A DNA stretch of 64,000 nucleotides from Octopus vulgaris (GCA_951406725.2 OX597828.1:43772001-43836000); one strand, 5' to 3'; counted from the stretch's first letter, positions 25,639 through 39,955 are shown. Numbers and translations are program-made. The notes: generated by a model not told the origin, from the letters alone.

Positions 25639-26071
25639 TACTCTTTTTACTTGTTTCAGTCATTTGACTGTGGCCATGCTGGAGCACCGCCTTTAGTCGA
25701 GAAAATCGACCCCAAGACTTATGCTTTATAAGCCTGCAACTTATTCTATCGGTTTCTTTTGCCGAACAGCTAAGTTATGTGGAAGTAAATGCACCATCAT
25801 CGGTTGTCAAGCGATGTTGGGGGGACAAGCACAGACACACAAACGTATACACACATACATGTACACACACACACACACCTACATATATACATATATGTAT
25901 ATATATACGTCGGGCTTCTTTCAGTTTCCGTCTACCAAATCCACTTACAACGCTTTGGTCGGCCCGAGGCTATAGTAGAAGACACTTGCCCAAGGTGCCA
26001 CGCAGTGGAACTGAACCCGGAACCATGTGGTTCATAAGCAAGCTACTTACCACAATGCCACTTTTACGCCT
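25639..26071 (-). mobile_element. SINE family A, full length
   Basis: Reverse complement of family A with an internal (CA)/(TA) tract. Confidence 0.9.
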
Positions 26072-27252
26072 AAGGAATCTTTTCGTGGTGGAAGATTTGT
26101 TAAACATGATAGCGAAGTTTTCCTCAATTCACAGCGTACCGTCTTGTAAAGAAGATTCTTCCTGGATAATTTTCTACCTTGTGGAAAAACCTGTAACAAA
26201 TAACAGCAAAATCTCCCTCAAATCTTTATGATGTTGTCTTAGAATAAAGTGGCAGACATGGATAGTCATAAAGAGGTCATGGATAGTCATAAACAGTCAT
26301 AAACAGGTCATGGTCATGTGTGGAAAACATACCATTATAGGTCTACTGAATCGGAGCTGAGCTGCTGCTAAACCACACCAACCGCAAAAGTAAATAATAG
26401 TTTCACATTTCAACACAAGGCCAGCGATTTCGGAGGAGGGAACTAATCCATTATATCGTCTCCAATGTTCAATTGAAGTTTTTTTTATGGATCTTGAAAA
26501 AGGGAAAAATGTCATGGTCGTCCTCGGAGGAATTTGAACTTAGAATGTAAAATCGGACGAAATGCATTTAAGCATTTTGTTCGGATCGTGCCAGATCACC
26601 TCTTTGACGAAGTTAAGTAACACAAACTAAAAGAGATCAAGATAACTTATGTCTGAATAAAAGACATGATGACCAAGGGTGGAAAGCCTTTGAGAATAAT
26701 TCTGCTCAACTGGATACACTATACCTATATATATATATATATATACCTAGGAACGTACATACATAGATACACATCCCACACACACACACTCAGACGAATA
26801 AATGCATGTATACTTTTGTACGCAATTACTGAAGCAAGTAAGAGACCGAAAAAATAAATGAACATTCAGCTATAAAGTGCCAAACACACTAACACCAGAT
26901 AAAAGGCGAGATGGTTATGCCTGGATTGTCGTAAAGCATAGATTTGCCCCATCAGTGATGTCCTGGTTGTAAATTTGAGCAAGTACTGTAATCATCTTCT
27001 TGCCCAACTTTTAAAGATTTCTGTGAATAAATATGGAGATTAAGGGGTGGATTCGTGTCCTACGCGTAAAAAAACTACATTTTTCTGTCGAGAGCCTACA
27101 GGCTCCAATATTATACTATTTTTCCTTTTTTTTCAGAAACTTTAGGTTTATAAAATATCATTTATCCTTATTATTTACAGAATTTAAAAAAAATCTCGGC
27201 ACGGCTTGTCAAATCATCGCAGAAAACGCGCACTCACACAGATACATACACA

Positions 27253-27287
<35 letters not shown>

Positions 27288-27293
<6 letters not shown>

Positions 27294-27608
27294 TAAATCC
27301 TTGGGTAGCAAAAAGAAAAATAAATTTGAAAAATTCTAGAAAAATTCTCCGCTACCAGTGGTCTAGCGAGAAGGAAAGAATAGTCAATAGACTCTATATT
27401 ATTCATTTAAACACATAAGAGATGACCATAATAGGACATCTGACTCACTAGAAAGAGCAGTAAAAATCCAAACCACTAATAGTTGTAATTCTGAAAGGGA
27501 AAAACGTTTTTATTTCTTTTTCACTTTCAGAATTACAACTATTAGTGGTTTGGAGTTTAGCTGCTCTTTCTAGTGAGTCATATGTCCTATTATGGTCATC
27601 CCTTATGT

Positions 27609-27613
<5 letters not shown>
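27288..27613. mobile_element. TA-flanked relative of the 6837 family with an inverted arm
   Basis: Arms 27408-27504 and 27517-27613; shares CTACCAGTGGTCTAG, AATAGTCA, CCATAATAGG and CACTAGAAA blocks, in order, with the 6837 element. Confidence 0.75.
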
Positions 27614-27639
<26 letters not shown>

Positions 27640-27652
27640 GATAGATATAGAT

Positions 27653-27786
<134 letters not shown>

Positions 27787-27939
27787 CAGATGGCAAAGAA
27801 AACACAGTCACATTCTTGGACTGATCACTTTGACGGTACATTTTAAATACTTACGCTAAGATAAGCTTTGATATTTACATTGTAATGCTTGTTATTTCCT
27901 TTCTTTCCTTGCAGATTACTTTACACTATAGTTGTGAAA

Positions 27940-28970
27940 CTCGTATCGATTTTACCCTTTTGTAATGAGTTTAGCTCAGACTAATATCAGACACTGCAGG
28001 CTCTGTGAATTGAGGAGATGTCCGTCAGCAAGGAAGAAATATTCCTTTCACCTATGGGATTGAATCTAATTGTCTGGATATATTCCAACAATTGTTAGGC
28101 CTGTTTTCTATTGTAGCTATTCCTCGATGTGGACGATCGCATTCTGTCAATATTGGGTTCTAAAAGTCGTAAATTGGAGATCGTACAATGCAAACTACAA
28201 ACGAATTAGCGAAACAACACAATTCAAGTTACATTTCAATCATAAAGTACATCTATGAAATAAAGAAACAGTCTTCACTTGGACAGTGAATCTTTTATCA
28301 TCTAACACTCAGATTAGTCAAAATATTGCTCGTTATTGAAATGGATGGAAGAGTGACAAGGCCGGCCCTTTGAAATACAGGTACAACAGAAACAGGAAGT
28401 AAAAGTGAGAGAAAGTTGTGGTGAAAGAGTACAGCAGGGATCACCACCATCCCCTGCCGGAGCCTCGTGGAGCTTTTAGGTGTTTTCGCTCAATAAACAC
28501 TCACAACGCTCGGTCTGCGAATCGAAACCGCGATCCTACGACCGCGAGTCCGCTGCCCTAACCACTGGGCCATAGCGTCTCCTGTTATTGAATAGAATAC
28601 CCACAAATGATGAAATGTAGGGTCTCTGTAACCATCGGCAACACAAACTACAATGGCTAGATTCTCAAACCAATAAGCAGGACACTCGGAAGATGCTATG
28701 CTCTCTTTGTTTGGTGACATATGATGCGTGTCATCTATCGTCAAGTATTAAACCGAAGCAAAACAGTTTTTGCAGAAAAATATTTTTTGGCACTTGCAAG
28801 AATTTGACAAAAGTTTGCAGAAAAAGCGCCTACCTTTGGTAAATCGTAAAGAGATGTTGCTTTTCAACGATAATACCAGACCGCATATTAATCAAAACAT
28901 TCATTTCTAAATATGGCTGGTTAGTCTCATGCTCCTTACCCTCTTGTCCCGTCTGTCATTTCAAATTATT
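27940..28970 (+). pseudogene. Decayed mariner (DD34D-like) transposase interrupted by a SINE
   Basis: Segments PRCGRSHSV..QTTNELAKQHN, SLLNRIPTNDE (restored on removing the SINE and one TSD), VIYRQVLNRSKTVFAEKY, KKRLPLVNRKEMLLFNDNTRPH (cf. HDNARPH) and SHAPYP. Confidence 0.8.
28341..28583 (-). mobile_element. tRNA-derived SINE family C with 9-bp TSD
   Basis: Same head as 11255-11637; TSD GTTATTGAA at 28332-28340 and 28584-28592. Confidence 0.9.
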
Positions 28971-29768
28971 GCCAAATTATTCTGAGGGAAAATAGTAAAT
29001 TACTTGTAAAGATTTTAAAAGTGGTATTTGGTGTTTCTTTGCCCGGAGCGTTTTACGTTCGAGGGACATAGATGCGATGATGTGTGTTAAATAGATGGAA
29101 ATAGATGGGATGATATGATCAATAATGAAGGGAAAATATGATTAAATATATGACAAAAACAACATTTGTTTCTTAGCATCTTGAAATGCGATAGAACTTT
29201 CTTTACAACCTAATATGTATGCATATATGTCTTTATGTATGTATGTTTGTATATATGTCTGTATGTATGCATGCATTCTCTCTTTACGTATGTGTTGATG
29301 TATATGTATGCGTGTATGTTTCTGTGGGTGTGTCTGTATGTGTGTAACATTAACAAGCGTCAATTCATGCAAATTCCCTCTTCACGAAATCACAGAAATT
29401 TGACAAAATAAATAAATAACGATCACCGACTTGGGCGGATATAGTTTGGTATCAGCGTTGCGTTAGAAGTTGATATCAGGACAGACACACAGAACAGTAA
29501 CAGACACGGCAACGTATTTTGACCGACCGACCCATCACAGTTCTGCAAATCGAAGCGGCTGGATTGGAAATTTTTACCGACAGAAAAATGTCCTACGACC
29601 GCGCGTCCGCCACCCTAACCACTGGGTCATTGCGTCTCTACATTGACTTGTGCCTCACCACGCATTGAAAAATAGACGTCAAAAGATAGTATTGCCACCA
29701 TGATTCTCCGAGAAAAATAAACATCATATAGGCTAGTAGAAGAAAGAAAATGTATTGCAGCTTTGGTT

Positions 29769-29842
29769 AACGGTGTACTTGATTGTGTTTCGGGCTTAAA
29801 GTAATAAAAAAACTTTACATTTTTGCCTTCATCAGCGTCGTC
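29769..29842 (-). ncRNA. Decayed type I hammerhead motif
   Basis: GACGACG-CUGAUGA-AGGC..UAAAGU/ACUUUA..GCCC-GAAAC-ACAAUCAA-GUA-CACCGUU; core intact, stem I 5 of 7 paired. Confidence 0.5.
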
Positions 29843-29877
29843 GATATACTCAGGCATATATATGCGAGTCGCTGCGG

Positions 29878-29910
<33 letters not shown>

Positions 29911-29917
29911 GAGGGGG

Positions 29918-30127
29918 TTTGTGTGTCTGTGTTTGTCCCCCTAGCATTGCTTGACAACCGATGCAGGTGTGTTTACGTCCCCGTCGCCTAGCGGTTCGGC
30001 AAAAGAGACCGATAGAATAAGTACTGGGCTTACAAAGAATAAGCCCCAGGGTCGATTTGCTCAACTAAAGGTGGTGCGCCAGCATGGCCGCAGTCAAATG
30101 ACTGAAACAAGTAAAAGAGTAAAAGAG

Positions 30128-30169
<42 letters not shown>

Positions 30170-30332
30170 CGCAGGAGCGGCTGTATGGTAAGTAGCTTGC
30201 TAACCAACCACATGGTTCCGGGTTCAGTCCCATTCGGTGGCATCTTGGGCAAGTGTCTTCTGCTATAGCCCCGGGCCGACCAATGCCTTGTGAGTGGATT
30301 TGGTAGACGGAAACTAAAATAGACCTGTCGTA

Positions 30333-30373
<41 letters not shown>

Positions 30374-30795
30374 GTGTGTGTGTGTGTTTGTGTGTCTGTG
30401 TTTGTCTCCCCTAGCATTGCTTGAAAACCGATGCTGGTGTGTTTACGTCCCCGTCGCTTAGCGGTTCGGCAAAAGAGACCGATAGAATAAGTACTGGGCT
30501 TACAAAAGAATAAGTCCCGGCGTCGATTTGCTCGACTAAAGGCGGTGCTCCAGCATGGCCGCAGTCAAATGACTGAAACAAGTAAAAGAGTATGTCTGTG
30601 TTTGTACCCCCAATATCGCTTGTCAACAGATGCTGGTTTGTTTACGTCACCGTAACTTAGTAGTTCGGCAAAAAAGACCGATAAAATAAGTACCAGGGTT
30701 ACAAAGAATAAGTCCTGGGATCAATTTGCTCGACTAAAGGCGGTGCTCCAGCATGGCCACAGTCAAAATCACTGAAACAAATAAATTAGTAAAGT
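29918..30795 (+). mobile_element. SINE family A cluster: 3' half, full copy (30167-30592), duplicated 3' half
   Basis: Three consecutive copies of the TGTCTGTGTTTGT..GACTGAAACAAGTAAAAGAG-type module; only one head. Confidence 0.9.
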
Positions 30796-30836
30796 ATATA
30801 TATATATACATATATATATATATACATATATATATG

Positions 30837-30925
<89 letters not shown>

Positions 30926-31010
30926 TTAGAGACAAAACCACTATTTTGCAAAACAAACAAGGAAAGACTTAATCAATACATAAAATTTTAATAAAAAGTT
31001 AAAAAAACCG

Positions 31011-31053
31011 CCACTACAATTGTTTCTTGTCCTGATCGACAATCTTCAGGTGG
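31011..31053 (-). ncRNA. Minimal 43-nt type I hammerhead ribozyme, intact core
   Basis: CCAC-CUGAAGA-UUGUC(GAUCAG)GACAA-GAAAC-AAUU-GUA-GUGG; all stems perfect; its 3' half is inverted at 31072-31095; the 30920-31181 block lies between two (TA)n tracts. Confidence 0.9.
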
Positions 31054-31176
31054 ATTTCCAATAAGTCAGTTTCAGGACAAGAAACAATTGTAGTGTATAT
31101 AATATTTTACTATAAAATTGGATTTAATCCTAAATCTGATTTTTTTCCTGTAAATTTGGATTTATTCCCTAATATT

Positions 31177-31225
<49 letters not shown>

Positions 31226-31827
31226 AATATATGTATACGTATGTGTGTGTGTGCGTGTGTGTAAATACGATCACAAAACTTACACCAGTTGAAATTTGGT
31301 CACCGAAATAACGTACTTACGTATTTACGACTGTATTTTTATTATTGTATTAGTCTAAACCTCCATCACTCCTCCATTTTCGTAAACTTTTCCCCATATG
31401 TTCTTTCTCTCTATCTCTCTCTAATTCCCAGTCTCTCCCTCACTATGTCAGTCTTTGCTTATACTTGTCTTTAATTTCATAATATTCCCCTAGATTTTAA
31501 CTGTTCGTACATTATTTTGGCAATAATTACATGAATTCTTTCTTTATTTCGACAAATAAATCTAAAGAGTAGTTATCAACATACCTTTGTATAAATCTTC
31601 GAAACTTAATCAGATTTGTTTGATCCGAACGAGCTTTCGATTTCATACATTGCCTGATATAATGCGTAGATACACGCATACTTAGATATATTGTCTCATT
31701 TGCTGAGACAGGACACACAATGAGTCGTAGGGAATATATCTGTGTGCGAGAGAGGGGGCGTGTGTGTGAGTGCGTATGTGCATATGCACGTATGTATATA
31801 TATAGCGTGTATGTGTGTGTGTGCGTT

Positions 31828-31997
<170 letters not shown>

Positions 31998-32191
31998 ATA
32001 TATATGTTTAAATCGGACGTATAATGCATGGATATCTAAAGTTGTATTTACATATATGCATATTTACACACAGACATATATACATATGCATAAACCTCTA
32101 TCTATATATATGTATTAACATATACATATACACACACATATATATATATATAATACATAAACAAACACATACACCCACAGTCATACACACA

Positions 32192-32330
<139 letters not shown>

Positions 32331-32516
32331 CTACTTACGGAGATATTAAAATCTGGCACATTTTAAAGAAGTGAATTAAAACAAATGAAGGTACTATGTG
32401 GGAACAGCGTAGAGAAGAGATAAGACGGAGAAGACATATTGGAAACAGATTTTAAAAGCAAATTAAAAGAGAAAGAATCACACACGAACGCACACACACC
32501 ACATACACTGATACAC

Positions 32517-32644
<128 letters not shown>

Positions 32645-32874
32645 GTATATATACATATATGTGTATACACATTTATATACACACTCACAGTGACATACAC
32701 GCATACAGTACAAAACCGAAGCGCAGATCGTAATCTAATAACGCTCGTCATTGCTACGTTTATACACACACATATATACATCTATGCACGCATACATAAA
32801 TGTGCATATATATATATATGTATGTATATGTATATATATATGTATGTATGTATATATATATATATGTATGTATG

Positions 32875-32940
<66 letters not shown>

Positions 32941-33480
32941 GGGGCAACAACAATGCGCATAATAGTTTACCAAATTTCACTTCGTAGAAGATACTTTAAT
33001 CTAACTGTGTATTATCACAAAGAAGAACAATACTAAACTACAACAGCGCAAAGAAACAATCACTTTTAAGCCATTGTAAACCTATAAATTGAAAGCAGAA
33101 TGAAAATTTCCTTTCGAAAATATACCAGCCGACCAAAAACAACAAAGATGACAATATAACTAACAACAGACATTAAAAGACGGGCGAAATAAAAAAAAAA
33201 AAAAGAAAAATAAAGGTTTTAACGAATTTCTTATGGAAGTAGCAATAGCTTCTAATGCGATTTTGACACCTGAATATTTTAACGGTGTGCACGATTTTAA
33301 ACAATAGAACGAATACTTACTAATGCTGATTAACAACGGGGAAAGTCTTTCACGAGTAAATTGTCTTACGTTGAAGTGTAAAAGAGAAAGAAAAATACGT
33401 CTTGATAGGAAATAAATGGAGATAGAGTTTAAATTGCGCAACTGATGTTAAGTCTACACACACACATATGCATGTGTACA

Positions 33481-33527
<47 letters not shown>

Positions 33528-33529
33528 GC

Positions 33530-33634
<105 letters not shown>

Positions 33635-33815
33635 CATGTGTGTGTGTGTGTTCATCTATATATACGCAGATATAACAGATATATCTATACATGCCTACAT
33701 ACATACTCACATGCACTCTTACCTGTTACTTTAGCATTTGTATGAATGTATGAATAGATATTTGTGTAAGTAAATACTTAAACACACATGTATACACGAT
33801 AACTTATGCACTATA

Positions 33816-33862
<47 letters not shown>

Positions 33863-34547
33863 CATATATATATATATATGTCTGTATATATATATATGTA
33901 AGTATATATATATATGAACATATATTGTATATATGTATACACATACATATATATATATATATGTCTGTATATATATATATGTAAGCATATATATATATAT
34001 ATGAACATATATTGTATATATGTATACATATAAACATGCATATACACACGCTCACATGTATATGAACATGAAAGTATTTTTTCCTAATTCCAGATACATT
34101 CAATGTTTGTAGCTACCCGATTCAAAGATTACAAAATAAACAGAAACTCTGCATAAACATTGTTCAAAGCAAATACTTAGTCTTTAGATCTCTTTATTTT
34201 CACACATTCAGATTTAAGCTTTTGTACTTCTGTAAGGCTTTAATATTTTTTTTTGTATATATATATATATATATTGAAATTCATACTTATTAATGCATAC
34301 CATTTTGTAGAAATTGACTGTTCTAATCCCAATCTGGTTAATAATAAATCTTATAAGTACAGGCAACCGCCTTTCAAAGGATTTTATTCATACAATGGGA
34401 CAATGCCTGTCATGTGTACAGGAAACGAGCGTTCGAGTCCCACAGACGGCCTTCAAAATTTTTGTTTCTAGATGGCCTGTTCAAACCGATGTTTGCATAA
34501 TATTATCCGTAGCTTTAATGTATCTGTATGTTATATACACAGACATA

Positions 34548-34610
<63 letters not shown>

Positions 34611-34611
<1 letters not shown>

Positions 34612-34979
34612 TTTGTTTCAGTCATTTAACTGTGGCCATGCTGGAGCACCCGAGGACTTATTCTTTGTAAGCCTAGTACTCATTCTATCGGTCTCTTTTT
34701 CCGAACCGCTAGTTTACGGGGACGTAAACACACCAGCATCGGTTGTCAAGCGATGCTGGTGAGACAAACACAGAAGCACAAACATATACACACACATACA
34801 CATATATATATAAATACATATATACGACGGGATTCTTTCAGTTTTCGTCTACCAAATCCACTCACAAGTCTTTGGTCGGCCCGAGGCTATAGCAGAAAAC
34901 ACTTGCCTAAGGTGCCACGCAGTGGGACTGAACCTGGAACCTGGAACTATGTGGTTCGTAAGCAAGCTTACCACACATC

Positions 34980-34982
<3 letters not shown>
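34611..34982 (-). mobile_element. SINE family A
   Basis: Head and 3' half present with small deletions; between (TA)n tracts. Confidence 0.85.
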
Positions 34983-35035
<53 letters not shown>

Positions 35036-35188
35036 GTTTATGAGTTTGCAGCAATAAAATATTGTTGGAAAACAACCGTATGGTTCCGGATTCAGTCCCC
35101 CTATAGCCTCGGGCCAACCAAAGTGGATTTGTAAACAGAAAACTAAAAGGCGCTCGTCTCAGTTTTACTTCGAAACGGCAGAGAGTAA

Positions 35189-35274
35189 GGGCCCTGATGA
35201 AGCAGCACCGACCATGATACTACGTTGCATATCCAATAGTGTGCAGTCGCTGCAGTTGAAACACGTGTAGGTCC
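35189..35274 (+). ncRNA. Type I hammerhead ribozyme, intact core
   Basis: GGGCC-CUGAUGA-AGCAGC..GAC..GUC-GCUGCAGUU-GAAAC-ACGU-GUA-GGUCC; AATAAA about 27 nt downstream. Confidence 0.8.
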
Positions 35275-35349
35275 CGTAAAGATGCTGCAAATAACTGTTA
35301 AATAAATCTTTGGATGTGAAACATGTCCGTTCTCCTTATCATTCTAAAT

Positions 35350-35688
35350 AAGGCTGGCAGAATCGTTAGCACGCCGGACGAAATACTTAGCGATATTTCG
35401 TCTGTCGCTACGTTCTGAGTTCAAATTCCACCGGGGTCCACTTTGCTTTTCATCCTTTCCAGGTCGATGACTAGAAGCTGCGTACTGGCGTCGATATAAT
35501 CGACTATCCCCCTTCCCCTCCAACTGCTTGACGACCGGTGTTAGTGTGTTTACGTCTCCATGACTTAGAGGTTCGTCAAAGTGCCCAACAGAATAATCAC
35601 TGGGTTTAAAAAAGTAAGTCCCGGGCCGATTTGTTCGGCTAAAACTCTTCAAAGTGATGCTACAGTCAGATGTCTGAAACAAGTAAAA
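35350..35688 (+). mobile_element. SINE family B head joined to a family A 3' half
   Basis: 35350-35520 matches the 16264-type head/core; 35525-35688 matches the family A tail (..CTGAAACAAGTAAAA). Confidence 0.7.
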
Positions 35689-35980
35689 TCCCTAAACAAT
35701 CATACAGTCAACAGATGAGATCCTGAGTTGCTCAGTATAGAAAACACTCAATAACGCTCGAATGGTTTGAACGTACACTCCAAAACCTTTAACGAGGCCA
35801 GGTCTGCCAAGTAAACCGTAGCTACCAGAAGAATCCAGATAAGATATACAAGATATATATGCTTGAGCTATAATTATAATTAGAGAGAAAGCATGGATTG
35901 AAAATTTTTAAACGATGAATATTCAAATATAAATATATATTTATACATCAACAGAAAGTTAATGGGGAGAAGGTATGGCA

Positions 35981-36145
35981 TTACAAATCCGACAGCTGTT
36001 TCTGGGGCCTCGGTGTTATAAATCCAACAGCTGTTTCTGGGGCCTCGGTGTTATAAATCCGACAGCTGTTTCTGGGGCCTCGGTGTTATAATTCCGACAG
36101 CTGTTTCCGGGGCCTCGGTGTTACAAGTCCGACAGCTGTTTCTGG
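35981..36145 (-). repeat. 35-bp tandem repeat (4.7 copies) containing the 3' half of a hammerhead
   Basis: Unit TTATAAATCCGACAGCTGTTTCTGGGGCCTCGGTG; the minus strand reads GAAAC-AGCU-GUC-GGA in each unit (one GUU). Confidence 0.85.
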
Positions 36146-37012
36146 ATCCCCGAATTCACTTCATTATGTTAGCAATTGGAGTTCACAAAAATATGCAATT
36201 AGTAATGGAAGTAAATAAACATTGTTTAAATCCGTCTTACGTCCTCAGAGCACAGAGGTAAAATTTAGCATTTTGAATCATAATGCAGGGAAATTTAAAG
36301 GTACAATCGGTGACGAAGAAGGTAAGCAGTAGTACGTAAGCAGGAAGTACGTAACTCGATGGGAGTATGAGTCGTGTTGACGTAAAGGAGGGTAAAAGAT
36401 ATTAGAGAGTCTGTTTTGAAACACTGCCACAATCGTAATGTTTCATTTTATAAAACGGGGTTAAAGCAGAAATTTCGTTAAAAAAAAAGCTCAACAATTG
36501 AAATATTTAATGCAACATTGAACAAATTTAAAATACAGACGAAACATATAAAAGTTTCGATCAAATTCCTGCAAGTTCCAGAAGCGTAAATCTCAAAATA
36601 TTCTCGGGATAAATATGTGAAAAATAATCATGGCTGGATCCTTGGTGTACTATGACGAGAATTCCGTTCTATAACTTAGTCAGCAAAGAAGGTAACGCCT
36701 ATGAATCTTTACAGAACGTCAGAGACAACTGTTGGAAGGAATCTTAAAACTAATCAATGAAACTAAGGTGTTTGTATTAAACTGGCTGTGTTACATAGTC
36801 CACCATATAAGAAGGCTATAGGCGGGTTTGAACTCACAACCTGAAAAAAGAAAAAAAAAAGAAAAACGAACCAATTATCGCAATGTATCAATAAAATAAA
36901 AAGCTCAACAATTGAAGGGTAACTTTCTAGGTGCAATTCCATGGTTATTCATGACCGAAGGAGGTCACAGCGGTGAGGTGCAAGCCAAGCTCTTGTTATA
37001 ATTATGTATATA

Positions 37013-37055
<43 letters not shown>

Positions 37056-37361
37056 AGATAGATAGATAGATATTTATATACATATATTTATGTTGGGACA
37101 CACATACACAAACATATACACACACATACATAAATATGTATACGACGGTCTTCTTTCAGTTTCCTTTTACCAAATCCATTCACAAGGCTTAGGTCGGCCC
37201 GAGGCTATAGTAGACAACACTTACCTAAGGTGCCAAGTAGGGGGACTTTATTCGGAGCCACTCATGTGCCTATATATATGTTTGTATTCTTATATGTATG
37301 AATAGTATCTGTATATATATATATATATACATACATACATACAATACATACATACATATAG

Positions 37362-37422
<61 letters not shown>

Positions 37423-37467
37423 AGTAAATAGAGGGAGTTGAACGAAGATGTTATTCAAATTCTTTTA

Positions 37468-37549
37468 CTTTCGACATATGTTTCAAAGACAACATTGTAT
37501 TATTCCAAAGGAATAAACGGTGTAAAATGCAATTTTCTCATCAGGAAAG
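37468..37549 (-). ncRNA. Type I hammerhead ribozyme (12.6-kb family)
   Basis: CUUUC-CUGAUGA-GAAAAU..GUCUUU-GAAAC-AUAU-GUC-GAAAG; the element end abuts (TA)n at about 37425. Confidence 0.8.
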
Positions 37550-38285
37550 AAAGCGAACCTCTCTCAACAACAAGACATTATACCAATTACGATGACTACC
37601 TAAATGATAAACAGAACGTTATTAAATATTTAAAAAACCGTTAGTAGATTTGACGTGAAAGGCAGATACCAGGAAGAGAAGGGTTAAAGAAATAATAAGT
37701 AGAGAACAAATAAGGAGGGATACGTTGGTTGCAAAAATGTTCAAAGGCTTAGAAGTAGATTTCTCTATTGAAGTGAAGTGCAAGTTAAACTAACTGTTCA
37801 AGCTATAAAGACTGGCGAAATCACTTATATGAGTTAAAGGTATGTTTCCGCCAGTGTTTACATTTGTAAGATCGCTCTATAAGTGTGTTAACAAGGTGAT
37901 TCTTAGAGAAGAGAATATAGAAGAGTTCAGAGTTGCAAATGTTAAAAAATCCCTTACCCTTATCGTAAGGAAAATATATGGACAGTATGAATCAATCTAA
38001 CTTAAAATATTTATTGTTGTCTTTAAGATGCCAAACAAATGCTGAGATATTGTAAAACGGGGTGGGGTAGGGAGATAACAAATTTTTTAATGGGGTCGAA
38101 ATAACTAAAGTGTAGCCTCTCATATCTTATGTAATACAACCAACACGAATGAATGTTTGAAAAACGAACTAGAAATTTCGTAATATGTTTATATAAAACT
38201 ACTTTCTAAACACAGAATGGCTATGGGGGTCACCCAGCTTAAAATAGTTATCAAGGGGGTCCATAGATAAATAATTGTCAAGAAT

Positions 38286-38453
38286 AGGCGTAGGAGAAGC
38301 TGCGTGGTAAGTAGCTTGCTTACGAACCACATGGTTCTGGGCCGGATTCAGTCCCACTGCGTGGCATCTTGGCCAAGTCTCTTCTACTATAGCCTCGGGC
38401 CGGCCAAAGCCTTGTGAGTGGATTTGGTAGACGGAAACTGAAAAAGCCCGTCG

Positions 38454-38522
<69 letters not shown>

Positions 38523-38730
38523 CTTTGTGTGTCTGTGTTTGTCCCCCCAACATCGCTTGACAACTGATGCCGGTGTGTTTACGTCACTGTAACCTAGCAG
38601 TTTGGCAAAAGAGACCGATAGATTAAGTACTAGGCTTACAAAGAATAAGTCCTGGGGTCGGTTTGCTCGACTAAAGGCGGTGCTCCAGCATGGCCGCAGT
38701 CATATGACTGAAAAAAGTAAAGGAGAGTAA
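38286..38730 (+). mobile_element. SINE family A, full length
   Basis: Head, (TA)n(TG)n and 3' half. Confidence 0.9.
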
Positions 38731-39091
38731 CCACTGCCTTAATGCATCCCTCTGGCGGAATCAAATGAATGTATCACTGTGTATAGCAGAGTTGCTGTTC
38801 TTGAATTAGATGACCAATTCACCCGATGGGCTTCTATTCAGTTTCCATTTACCCCATATCACACACAAACCTTGATATAAAAGAAAATAGCATTTGCTGA
38901 AGCAGTTACTCCTCTGAATCGAACGAGTGATAATTTGTTTCATAAATGCAAAACAAACGTCTTAACCATTCGTTTATTCTGCACCTACAACTCAATTAAT
39001 TATACAGACTCTGGAAACAAAATACATTCTTAGCTTCTAATAAGAGGAATGCGTTATTTTTATAATACAATTTCCACTTAAAACACCAAAA

Positions 39092-39254
<163 letters not shown>

Positions 39255-39331
39255 TATATACATATATATATACATACATACATATATATATACATACATA
39301 CATATATATATATACATACATATATATATGT

Positions 39332-39362
<31 letters not shown>

Positions 39363-39459
39363 CACACACATATATATATATACACATATATATGTATATA
39401 TATACATATATATACATATATATATATACACATATATATATATACGTATATATGTATAA

Positions 39460-39562
<103 letters not shown>

Positions 39563-39955
39563 AATAATGAATATCATTTATCTCTCTTTTACTTTTATTA
39601 ACCAACAAAGGAAGAAACGAATAAAGCTGTATTGAATTCTAAAATTCTATTATTTCACATGTAATTTGTTATAAGCCGTAAATGACTTACTTAAACGATT
39701 TTCAATTTGCATGCCATTGTTACATATTTTGAATTAGATCTTATATTTCCGTGCATCGTAAAGCCACCGTTGGTGACCCTGTAACATTAATCTTAAAATG
39801 GTAAATGTACGAGAGAGAAGAAATATGGAATATATGAAATATGAAATATCTATAAATGCATCAAATATCTACCTCAATGTATGTTGTATTTGTAAATTTA
39901 TGTAATTCTACGTATGTATTCTCAAACCAACAAGCACATACACACACACATATAC

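Noticed and set aside
27890-27915. Strong-looking splice acceptor TTTCTTTCCTTGCAG
   Set aside because: Followed by stops and the decayed mariner; no supportable exon.
31558-31617. CUAAAGA..GAAAC-UUAA-UC-AGAUUU hammerhead-like relic
   Set aside because: Needs several assumed mutations in the core and stems.
35981-36145. 35-bp repeats resembling a CRISPR array
   Set aside because: Head-to-tail units with no unique spacers, eukaryotic context, no cas genes.
37610-38100. Possible PLE ORF end adjoining the 37468 hammerhead
   Set aside because: Too degenerate to recover diagnostic motifs by eye.
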